A DNA stretch of 64,000 bases, from the NCBI GenBank assembly GCA_036675925.1, contig JAKFDZ010000002.1, positions 8,786 through 72,785 on the forward strand. The letters run 5' to 3'. The notes under the pieces were generated by a model. The model was not told the DNA's origin. It searched no databases and was given only the letters and a program-made list of their open reading frames with translations. Shown here piece by piece: positions 1 to 7,989 of this stretch (positions are counted from its first letter, which is position 1; each line of letters begins with the position of its first letter). The translations under genes were made by a program, and so were the position numbers. The DNA is from Flavihumibacter sp. (GTDB lineage: Bacteria > Bacteroidota > Bacteroidia > Chitinophagales > Chitinophagaceae).

Positions 1-738
1 AGATTGCTGGTCAAAATCAATTGCCCTGATCCGGTACTGGTAATCTTCAATATCAGGCGTAATATCTATCACCCAGTTATAGCTGCGCATATCTCCCAGC
101 AGCCTTACAAAACAGCGCTCATTGAATTTGACGAATTCCTTTGCCAGTCTGATCTTATTGGTATCCGGACGTTCCAGGTAATTGGCAGAGAACAGGTCGC
201 CGGGTATCCCAGGAATATGCTCCTCAACAAGCGTTTCCTTGCTGATCAGGAATTTGATCCGGTTGGGGGAGAGCAGGTGCTCCAGCTCTAGTCCATAGAT
301 CCGCGATGCATCCGCGATCTTGATATAATAGTGGTCGTAATTATCGTTGAACTTGTTCACGATGCGGATCCGGAATGGCTGCGAGTTACCAAAGCCACAG
401 AAATCGATCCTCGCCACATCAAGATGCTTGCTGAAGGTCATATCACCCTCCGTCTTCAGGTTGGCATAAATACCAATCAATCCCTCCCTGATATAATCCC
501 ATTCCCGCAGGTCATAGATAACCGTCTCCCAGGCAGTGTCATTGCCTTCTTTGTCTTTGAGGGGGAGAGAATAAGTAAAGCGCTGCAGGTCGCGGTATTC
601 AACCGGTAAGCGCACGCCACGACCATGCTGGTTGAGATACTCACGCAGCCGTTCATTCACCTTGAACATCGGCTTCTTCCTCGATGGCCGGTGATTCTCT
701 CCACTGGGGAGATTAGGGTCATAATACTGGATATACAT
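1..738 (-). CDS. Conserved hypothetical protein with atypical kinase-like motifs (partial, runs off left edge; not in ORF track)
   Basis: Manual translation from ATG at 738 stays open to position 1: MYIQYYDPNLPSGENHRPSRKKPMFKVNERL...YYIKIAD...LVEEHIPG...LLGDMRSYNW...IRAIDFDQQS. Overlaps the end of the upstream gene (719) by 20 nt. Alternative start at 669. Confidence 0.8.
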   Translation of the reverse strand, partial: MYIQYYDPNLPSGENHRPSRKKPMFKVNERLREYLNQHGRGVRLPVEYRDLQRFTYSLPLKDKEGNDTAWETVIYDLREWDYIREGLIGIYANLKTEGDMTFSKHLDVARIDFCGFGNSQPFRIRIVNKFNDNYDHYYIKIADASRIYGLELEHLLSPNRIKFLISKETLVEEHIPGIPGDLFSANYLERPDTNKIRLAKEFVKFNERCFVRLLGDMRSYNWVIDITPDIEDYQYRIRAIDFDQQS

Positions 739-1516
739 TCTGACGGGAATATAATGAAAAATAGGCAGGGGCTTCCAGCAGCCGGCTTCCATACCAGCTG
801 AAATAACTTCCATCTACCAGCAGTATACGGGTTTCGGGAAGCTCTGTCTGCAATGCTTCCAGGTGCTTTTGCCGGAATGGATAAGGCTCGGAGGAAAGCA
901 GTAAAAGTCGACATTGCTTTTCTTTCAATTCTTCTATAGTGATTTCGGGGTACCTGCTTGTTTCTTTGTAAATATTCCTGAATCCGCACCTCTCCATCAT
1001 ATCACTGATAAAGGTATCACCACCCGCCGCCATCCAGGGATCTTTCCAGATCAGGTAGGCGGTTGCGGGCATAGGATCAACCGGAATTAACTGACTGAAC
1101 CTTTCACTGATCAGCCTGGTCATTTCATGTGCTGCTTCTTGACGGCCAGTGATCTCCCCTAATGCGCTGATCATCTCAAGGGCTGTAGGTAAATTATATA
1201 CATCACTTGTATATACCGGTACATGATTGGATATATCCTCTACATGCTCACGGATATTTTCTTCCTTATTGGCAATTACAAGATCGGGTTTAAGCGAAAT
1301 GATCTTACTGATATCAGGATCTTTGGTGCCCCCAATGCGGGTTTTACTCTTGTGCCATGATGAGGGATGTATACAAAATCGGGTGATACCCTCCACTTCA
1401 TCGCTTAGCCCAAGGCTATATAGCAATTCTGTTTGCGATGGTACAATTGAAATAATTCTTTTGGGGATGGAATTTAGCTGGAGGCTTTTACCGGTTTGGT
1501 CGGTAATGGAAGTCAT
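719..1516 (-). CDS. BtuF-like / helical-backbone metal receptor (ABC substrate-binding family)
   Basis: PKRIISIVPSQTELL, RIGGTKDPD, KPDLVIANKEEN, DGSYFSWYGSR motifs. Confidence 0.8.
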   Translation of the reverse strand: MTSITDQTGKSLQLNSIPKRIISIVPSQTELLYSLGLSDEVEGITRFCIHPSSWHKSKTRIGGTKDPDISKIISLKPDLVIANKEENIREHVEDISNHVPVYTSDVYNLPTALEMISALGEITGRQEAAHEMTRLISERFSQLIPVDPMPATAYLIWKDPWMAAGGDTFISDMMERCGFRNIYKETSRYPEITIEELKEKQCRLLLLSSEPYPFRQKHLEALQTELPETRILLVDGSYFSWYGSRLLEAPAYFSLYSRQNVYPVL

Positions 1517-1529
1517 GCAAGTGTTTTGT

Positions 1530-1537
1530 CAAAAATA
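1530..1537 (-). promoter_or_regulatory. Bacteroidota -7 promoter element (TATTTTTG) for the BtuF-like gene
   Basis: Matches TAnnTTTG, 13 nt before the ATG at 1516. Confidence 0.55.
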
Positions 1538-1544
1538 CACCTGA

Positions 1545-2055
1545 AAGACCACTTTGGTCCTCCTGCCTTACAACTTGGACGAGAAGCAGGGCAGGAGGGT
1601 ACCGGATTTTAAGTGGTTTTTAAGGACTTGGTCATGGTCTTCACCAGAACATTGGATCTCTGAAACCATACGTAATGAGATTTGGACGTTGGTTACTGTA
1701 CAATGGTTTTAGGCCATGGTTTCAGGGGTTTCTTCGTTCGGCATTCATTAGGATCTTGGTGCTGATTTTTCTACGGTCTTTCTAAAGGATCTTGGTGCTG
1801 ATTTTTCTACGGTCTTTCTTTAGGATTTAGGATGGTGCTGATTTCTTTTTTCGGTTTTTACTTAGGATTCATGGATCTGATGCTGATTTCGGTTTTGGTC
1901 TTTCTAAGGATAAAAGAAAAAAAAGGAAGTTGACTGATACTGGATTTTTGGTGAAACTGTTTTTCTAAGGATTTGGTCTTTGGAATTTCTGGATCTTGGA
2001 TATTTTGTTGCTTTTCGTCAGGATATTGGAACGATTGAATGATCAATCAACTTCT
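1545..2055 (-). ncRNA. Candidate long repetitive non-coding RNA (A/C-rich, UCC/ACC repeats)
   Basis: No credible ORF; consensus promoter at 2060-2090 pointing into it; about 21 GGA on + strand versus TCC only in the terminal hairpin; 3' hairpin CCTCCTGCC/GGCAGGAGG at 1559-1598. Confidence 0.5.
1750..1862. repeat. 36-bp-period tandem repeat, two exact copies plus a degenerate one
   Basis: AGGATCTTGGTGCTGATTTTTCTACGGTCTTTCT at 1750-1783 and 1786-1819; degenerate copy at 1829-1862. Confidence 0.9.
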
Positions 2056-2059
2056 GATA

Positions 2060-2090
2060 CAAATGTAGTCGGCATAGTATTGGTAGGCAA
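2060..2090 (-). promoter_or_regulatory. Bacteroidota sigma-70-type promoter TTG-N20-TACATTTG
   Basis: caaatgta at 2060-2067 and caa at 2088-2090 on + strand; spacing matches the -33/-7 consensus. Confidence 0.7.
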
Positions 2091-2210
2091 GAGCGTCTTT
2101 GCTCGTTTTTAACAGTTCGGTATTTACTGCAATTTTCGTAAGCTTACAGCATTACCTACCGGGAGTATACGTAGTTTGGCTTCGTAGATCTACGCGAATC
2201 GAAGAAGCAT

Positions 2211-2246
2211 AAAAAATCCGGATAACGCCAAAGCCTTATCCGGATT
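2211..2246 (-). terminator. Intrinsic terminator after cystathionine beta-synthase
   Basis: AATCCGGATAA/TTATCCGGATT stem with a T-run on the - strand. Confidence 0.8.
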
Positions 2247-2269
2247 GAGTTTCATTGAAATCGACATCT

Positions 2270-3631
2270 TTACTTGCCCATGGCCTGTATAACGTCGTAC
2301 TTGGTCACAATGTGGAAATTACCTGCTTCGTCCTTGCTCAACACTGCGCCATTTTCGCGATTTATCAGTGTACTTAACTTCTCAACCGGGGTCAGAAAGT
2401 CCACAATTGGAAAGGCCGCTTCCATCACCGATCCAACTTTTTCATGCTTGATATCTGGATTCGAAAAAACTTTCTGAAATAATCCTCCTTCACTGATCGA
2501 TCCTACAAATCCATTCCCGTTTAATACAGGTATATGCTCGATATCATATTTACGCATAAGGTCCACCGCTTCGGCAACGGTATGCTCAGGGGCCAGACTT
2601 ATCAACTTCTTATTCGTGCCCCTTCCGTTCACGATATCCTTAAATGTTTTTACATCAAGAAATCCTCTTTCCTGCATCCATTGGTCATTATAGATCTTGC
2701 CCACATAACGGCTTCCATGGTCATGGAATATGCATACCACCACATCAGTGGGTTTAAGACGGTCCTTCAATTGCATCAATCCCTGTATACAACTTCCTGC
2801 ACTATATCCGCAGAATAATCCTTCTTCTTTTGCCAGCTTACGCGCCATGATAGCGCCATCTTTATCAGTGACCTGTTCAAAATGATCGATCACGCTCATA
2901 TCATAATTCTGCGGTACGAAATCCTCCCCGAATCCCTCTGAAATATATGGATGCACTTCCCCCATATCCACTTCACCGGTGCGAAAATATTTTGTGAGCA
3001 ATGATCCATAAACATCCACCGCCCAGATCTGTATATCGGGATTCATCTCCTTCAGGTATTGCGCTGTACCTGTTACCGTCCCACCGGTTCCTGCTGTACA
3101 AACAAGATGCGTGATGGTGCCATCGGTTTGTCGCCAGATCTCTGGCCCGGTTGTTTCATAATGTGCTAAACGGTTGGCCAGGTTATCATACTGGTTGAAA
3201 TGATAGGAATTGGGGATCTCCCTTGCAAGCCTTTGCGCAACTGAATAATAGGAGCGAGGATCGTCGGGTTCAACATTTGTGGGACAAACAATCACCTCTG
3301 CACCAACAGCTTTAAGGATATCCATTTTCTCCTTACTCTGTTTATCGGTAGTAGTGAATATACATTTGTATCCCTTCACCACTGCAGCAAGTGCTAATCC
3401 CATCCCGGTATTGCCACTGGTGCATTCGATGATGGTTCCACCGGGTTTGATTTTGCCTTCTTTTTCGGCTACCTCCACCATTTTCAAAGCCATACGGTCT
3501 TTGATGGAGTTTCCCGGATTGAAATAATCTACCTTGGCGAGAATGGTGCCCGGCAGGTCTTTAGTAATTTTGTTCAGACGGATCAGCGGGGTATTGCCGA
3601 TCGTTTCAAGTATATTATTTTTTATATCCAT
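2270..3631 (-). CDS. Cystathionine beta-synthase (PLP-dependent, C-terminal CBS domains)
   Basis: NPGNSIKDR, TSGNTG, GTGGT motifs; C-terminal CBS pair. Confidence 0.9.
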   Translation of the reverse strand: MDIKNNILETIGNTPLIRLNKITKDLPGTILAKVDYFNPGNSIKDRMALKMVEVAEKEGKIKPGGTIIECTSGNTGMGLALAAVVKGYKCIFTTTDKQSKEKMDILKAVGAEVIVCPTNVEPDDPRSYYSVAQRLAREIPNSYHFNQYDNLANRLAHYETTGPEIWRQTDGTITHLVCTAGTGGTVTGTAQYLKEMNPDIQIWAVDVYGSLLTKYFRTGEVDMGEVHPYISEGFGEDFVPQNYDMSVIDHFEQVTDKDGAIMARKLAKEEGLFCGYSAGSCIQGLMQLKDRLKPTDVVVCIFHDHGSRYVGKIYNDQWMQERGFLDVKTFKDIVNGRGTNKKLISLAPEHTVAEAVDLMRKYDIEHIPVLNGNGFVGSISEGGLFQKVFSNPDIKHEKVGSVMEAAFPIVDFLTPVEKLSTLINRENGAVLSKDEAGNFHIVTKYDVIQAMGK

Positions 3632-3677
3632 AGCAAGCTTTATTGCGCGGTAAAGTTACAATTCTAGAAGGGAGCTT

Positions 3678-4322
3678 ATGAAACTGTATTTTATTCCAGG
3701 TTTAGGTGCTGATAAAAGAGTGTTCCGGCATATCCATTTACCCGAAGGATATGAGATGGTGCATATCGATTGGATTCCACCACACCCAACTGAAAGCCTC
3801 CATGATTATGCCCTTCGATTGGCAGAAAAAATTGATATGAATGAAAACTGGGGATTGGTGGGATTATCTTTCGGCGGTATGCTGGCTGCTGAAATAAGCC
3901 GACTCTACAAACCAAAACATACCATTCTGATTGCGAGTATTTCATCACCCGCACAATTGCCCTTCTATTATAAAATTGTAGCGCCGCTGAAAGTGCATAA
4001 GATACTGCCGATCTCCCTCTTCAAAAATGCTTCCCTCGCCCGCCGCATCTTCACCACTGAAACGGATGAGGATAAAGCACTACTGAGAAAAATCATCAGC
4101 GAATCCGATCCTGCTTTTATCAGATGGGCATTGGGTGCCATCCTTAGTTGGAAAGCTACCGACTTGCCCGCCGATTACTATCATATTCATGGCTCAGGTG
4201 ATCACCTGCTTCCTGTGCGTTATGTGAAACCTACGCATACCATACCCGGCGGTGGACACCTGATGGTGATGAACAGGTCGGAAGAAGTGAATGGATTGTT
4301 GGCAAGGATACTGGAGGGATAG
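3678..4322 (+). CDS. Alpha/beta hydrolase
   Basis: IPGLG oxyanion loop, GLSFGG nucleophile elbow, HGSGD and GGH. Confidence 0.85.
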   Translation: MKLYFIPGLGADKRVFRHIHLPEGYEMVHIDWIPPHPTESLHDYALRLAEKIDMNENWGLVGLSFGGMLAAEISRLYKPKHTILIASISSPAQLPFYYKIVAPLKVHKILPISLFKNASLARRIFTTETDEDKALLRKIISESDPAFIRWALGAILSWKATDLPADYYHIHGSGDHLLPVRYVKPTHTIPGGGHLMVMNRSEEVNGLLARILEG

Positions 4323-4355
4323 GGGTGGAGGGATGGAGGGATGGAGGGATGGAGG
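4312..4355 (+). repeat. 8-bp G-rich tandem repeat (TGGAGGGA)n
   Basis: Directly visible; spans the stop codon and lies just upstream of the tex promoter. Confidence 0.9.
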
Positions 4356-4363
4356 CATCCCCT

Positions 4364-4371
4364 TATATTTG
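4364..4371 (+). promoter_or_regulatory. -7 promoter element TATATTTG for tex
   Basis: TAnnTTTG match 32 nt before the ATG. Confidence 0.6.
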
Positions 4372-4403
4372 CGCTCCGAAAAAATTGAAACAAACAGAAA
4401 TAA

Positions 4404-6647
4404 ATGGAATCGAAATATATAGCGGTTATCGCAAAAAAACTTTCTCTTTCACTCAAGCAGGTCAACAATGTGTATGACCTGCAGGCCGAAGGGGCAACCG
4501 TTCCTTTTATGGCGCGATACAGAAAAGAAGCAACGGGCAACCTCGATGAAGTGGCTATCAACGATATCGTTGAAGAAGTAAAATATTATACTGAACTCCA
4601 CAAAAGAAAAGATACTGTTCTCAAGACCATCGAAGGCCTTGGTAAACTGACACCTGAGTTGAAAAATCGTATCGAGGAATGCCTTGATGCTACCGCCCTG
4701 GAAGATATTTACCTTCCCTACAAACCTAAACGCAAGACCCGGGCAACACAGGCTATTGAAAAGGGATTGGAGCCCCTCGCCAAAATGATATTTGAACAGG
4801 GCACAATCGACCTGCAAAATGAAGCAGGCGCATTTCTGAGTGAGGATGTCAAAGAAATTAAAGATGCCCTGCAGGGTGCTCGCGATATCATTGCCGAATG
4901 GGTTGCAGAAAATGAACAGGCGCGTAATATTATCCGGAAACAATTCCAGGATGGAGCCATCCTCACGTCAAAAGTACTGAGCTCAAAAAAAGAAGAAACA
5001 GAAGCACAGAAATACCGCGATTATTTTGAGTTCAATGAAGCCCTGGCTAAATGTCCCTCCCATCGCATACTCGCCATCCGCCGCGGTGAAAAGGAAGGAT
5101 ACCTTATCATGGATATCAATATCGATAAGGCAACCGGTGTCGACTCACTGGAAAGGATATTCGTAAAGAATAATACTGCTGCTGCTGCTGAAGTGAAAAC
5201 CGCCATTACCGATAGTTTCGACCGGCTGCTAAAACCTTCTATCGAAAATGAGTTCCGCATGAACAGCAAGACCTCAGCTGATGAAGAGGCCATCCATGTA
5301 TTTGCGGAAAACCTGCGCCAGCTATTGCTTGCATCACCGCTTGGATCAAAAAGGGTGATGGCGCTTGATCCTGGTTTTCGTACCGGATGCAAACTGGTTT
5401 GTCTGGATGCACAGGGCGCACTTGTGTATAACACTGCCGTATACCCGCACCCGCCGCAGAACGACTGGCAGGGCAGCATCGCCACAATTCGCCAACTGGT
5501 TGATCGATATGATATAGAAGCTATTGGAATTGGAAATGGAACCGCTGGACGTGAAACAGAAACATTGGTACGGAGCATTAATTTTGGAAAGCCGGTGAGT
5601 GTTTTCCAGGTGAATGAAAGTGGTGCATCTATTTATTCGGCCTCGGATGTTGCGCGCGAAGAATTTCCCGACCAAGATGTTACCGTGCGCGGCGCTGTCA
5701 GCATTGGGAGGAGACTTCTTGATCCCCTGAGTGAACTGGTTAAGATTGATGCGAAATCAATTGGAGTGGGACAATACCAGCATGATGTTAACCAGACCCG
5801 GTTGAAGGAGAGTCTCGACCGCGTTGTAGAAAGTTGTGTGAACCATGTTGGTGTGGATCTCAATACTGCCAGCAAACATCTGCTCACTTATGTATCTGGA
5901 TTGAGTGCAACACTTGCAAAAAATATTGTTGAGTACAGAACAAAAAATGGTGCATTCAATTCAAGGGATGAAGTGAAAAAGGTGAGCCTCATGGGTCCTA
6001 AAACTTATGAGCAGTGCGCGGGCTTCCTGCGCATCCGCGATGCCTCCAATCCGCTCGACAATAGTGCTGTTCACCCCGAGAGTTATCATGTGGTGGAAGC
6101 AATGGCAAAAGATCTCGGATGCTCGGTTACCGATCTTATCAAACAGGCTGAACTAAGAAAACAGATCAACCGGAAAAAATATATTTCAGAATCGATCGGC
6201 GAATTCACGATAGAAGATATTCTACGCGAACTCGAGAAGCCGGGCCGTGATCCCCGTGCCCCCATCGAGGAATTTCGTTTTGATGACACCATTAAAACAA
6301 TTGAAGACGTGAAGCAGGGGATGGTGGTTCCCGGCGTTGTAACCAATATTACCAAGTTCGGCGTGTTTGTGGATATCGGCGTAAAGCAGGATGGATTGGT
6401 GCATGTTTCCCAACTAAGCAATACCTATGTGAGTGATCCCTCCACAGTGGTGAAGCTCCAGCAAAAAGTAACCGTTACCGTCACCGAGGTGGATGTTGCC
6501 CGCAAACGTATCGGCCTCTCCATGAAAGAGCATTCCCGCACCGCGGCCGCCGCTGCACCAAAGCCGGCTGCTCCCAAGGCGCCGAAAGCCGCCCCGGCCA
6601 ATGAATTCCAGTCGAAGCTGATGGAACTGAAGAAGAAGTTCAAATGA
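4404..6647 (+). CDS. tex: Tex family RNA-binding transcription accessory protein
   Basis: ATVPFMARYRKEATG, LDPGFRTGCK (YqgF), IGVGQYQHDV, HhH, C-terminal S1 domain. Confidence 0.95.
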   Translation: MESKYIAVIAKKLSLSLKQVNNVYDLQAEGATVPFMARYRKEATGNLDEVAINDIVEEVKYYTELHKRKDTVLKTIEGLGKLTPELKNRIEECLDATALEDIYLPYKPKRKTRATQAIEKGLEPLAKMIFEQGTIDLQNEAGAFLSEDVKEIKDALQGARDIIAEWVAENEQARNIIRKQFQDGAILTSKVLSSKKEETEAQKYRDYFEFNEALAKCPSHRILAIRRGEKEGYLIMDINIDKATGVDSLERIFVKNNTAAAAEVKTAITDSFDRLLKPSIENEFRMNSKTSADEEAIHVFAENLRQLLLASPLGSKRVMALDPGFRTGCKLVCLDAQGALVYNTAVYPHPPQNDWQGSIATIRQLVDRYDIEAIGIGNGTAGRETETLVRSINFGKPVSVFQVNESGASIYSASDVAREEFPDQDVTVRGAVSIGRRLLDPLSELVKIDAKSIGVGQYQHDVNQTRLKESLDRVVESCVNHVGVDLNTASKHLLTYVSGLSATLAKNIVEYRTKNGAFNSRDEVKKVSLMGPKTYEQCAGFLRIRDASNPLDNSAVHPESYHVVEAMAKDLGCSVTDLIKQAELRKQINRKKYISESIGEFTIEDILRELEKPGRDPRAPIEEFRFDDTIKTIEDVKQGMVVPGVVTNITKFGVFVDIGVKQDGLVHVSQLSNTYVSDPSTVVKLQQKVTVTVTEVDVARKRIGLSMKEHSRTAAAAAPKPAAPKAPKAAPANEFQSKLMELKKKFK

Positions 6648-6651
6648 TAAC

Positions 6652-6763
6652 CCCTACCCATCTGACGCCTGTCAGGACAGGCGTCAGATGGGTATGCCTC
6701 AGGTTCAGGCAACTTTCAGGAACCCTGTCTGACATATGTCCTGACATGTGTCAGATGGGTAGT
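6652..6763. repeat. REP-like palindrome doublet, copy 1
   Basis: Perfect 19-bp arms TACCCATCTGACGCCTGTC-ag-GACAGGCGTCAGATGGGTA at 6655-6694 and an inverted degenerate copy at 6722-6762. Confidence 0.85.
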
Positions 6764-6854
6764 AAAAAACGGGGAAAATACGGGGGTGCCACGTTCCTTT
6801 TCCGGGTATGCGGGTGTGCAGCGCCGCTGTACTTTTGGGTCTCAACCTTTTACT

Positions 6855-7067
6855 ATGAATCTGTTCAAATATCTGCCGCAAATGGTGATCAAATCGCTCA
6901 AAGCACAGAATAGCGGCTTTTCTGTACCAGAATACCAGGATACAAGCTATAACCTCACCGCGCAGTTATATCCCATCATCCCCCTGCTGCTGCTTCTCCT
7001 GCTGTTCGCAACGTTTTCTGTTGTTGCCTTTATGCTGCTTAAACAAAAGCAAACAAAAACAATTTAA
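6855..7067 (+). CDS. Small single-pass membrane protein
   Basis: ATG 6855 follows TACTTTTG (6830-6837); long hydrophobic run followed by a Lys-rich tail. Confidence 0.55.
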   Translation: MNLFKYLPQMVIKSLKAQNSGFSVPEYQDTSYNLTAQLYPIIPLLLLLLLFATFSVVAFMLLKQKQTKTI

Positions 7068-7094
7068 GTTTATACCTGTTAAAAGGTATAAACA

Positions 7095-7949
7095 ATGTCG
7101 CAGTTGCTATTTCAGGATGGTCAGTTTTATCGTGATGATAAAATGGTGGTAGGGGCATCCAGTCGGGCCCTTAGATATGGTGACGGACTCTTCGAAACAA
7201 TGAAGGTGAACCGCGATACCATCCAGCTCGGCGATTATCACATGCAACGATTGTTTGATGCCCTTCACCTGCTGCAGTTTGAGCTGCCCTCACATATCAA
7301 CCCATCTTATTTCCTGGATCGCATACTCCAATTGGTGCATCGCAACGGCCATGGAAAACTCGCGCGGATCAGGCTCATGGTCTTCCGCGGCAACGGCGGA
7401 CTCTATGATCCCGAAAATCATTATCCCCACCACATCATCCAAAGCTGGAGCCTCCCCGAAACCAATCATCACTGGAATGAAAATGGACTGGTAATTGGTA
7501 TCCACGATAAGGCAAGAAAATCGATGGATATTCTCGCCAACAGCAAAACCAATAATTACCTTCCTTATATAATGGGTGCCCTGGAGGCGAAAAATCAAAA
7601 ATGGAATGACGCGCTCATCCTAAATAATGCAGGAAGGATTTCCGATAGCACTATCGCAAACGTTTTTCTGGTGTCGGGAAATAAAATCACAACTCCTGCA
7701 CTCGAAGAAGGCTGCGTGGCGGGCATAATGCGCCGTTATCTTTTGGAAAAATTAAAAGCCAATAACAGGGATGTACAGGAAATTGCCATCCAACCATCCG
7801 ATCTCGAAAATGCCGATGAAGTTTTCCTGACCAACTCAACCTATGGCATCCGGTGGGTAAAATCGATCGGTAACAAAAATTATACTGCTAACCTCTCCCT
7901 CGAATTATACCACCTCTTCATTAAACCGCTTTTCGGGATAACAGAATGA
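7095..7949 (+). CDS. Class IV aminotransferase / 4-amino-4-deoxychorismate lyase (PabC-like)
   Basis: YGDGLFETM, KTNNY, GCVAGIMR, DEVFLTNS. Confidence 0.85.
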   Translation: MSQLLFQDGQFYRDDKMVVGASSRALRYGDGLFETMKVNRDTIQLGDYHMQRLFDALHLLQFELPSHINPSYFLDRILQLVHRNGHGKLARIRLMVFRGNGGLYDPENHYPHHIIQSWSLPETNHHWNENGLVIGIHDKARKSMDILANSKTNNYLPYIMGALEAKNQKWNDALILNNAGRISDSTIANVFLVSGNKITTPALEEGCVAGIMRRYLLEKLKANNRDVQEIAIQPSDLENADEVFLTNSTYGIRWVKSIGNKNYTANLSLELYHLFIKPLFGITE

Positions 7950-7989
7950 ACCAACTGCACCATGCTTTGTTGTAAACAACAAAACAGCT

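Noticed and set aside
4-989. Track ORFs 4-291, 331-609 and 657-989
   Set aside because: Shadow or alternative frames of the - strand genes at 1-738 and 719-1516.
1750-1862. 36-bp periodicity resembling a CRISPR array
   Set aside because: Units are directly adjacent with no unique spacers, and no cas genes are in the window.
1858-2046. 62-aa ORF inside the repeat region
   Set aside because: Composition simply mirrors the low-complexity repeats; no family resemblance. Not formally excluded.
1520-2060. Cobalamin riboswitch upstream of the BtuF-like gene
   Set aside because: No recognisable B12-box or core motifs; the - strand is G-poor and unlikely to fold that way; the gene has its own proximal promoter.
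6644-6913. 89-aa ORF after tex
   Set aside because: Reads through the REP-like palindromes; likely spurious.
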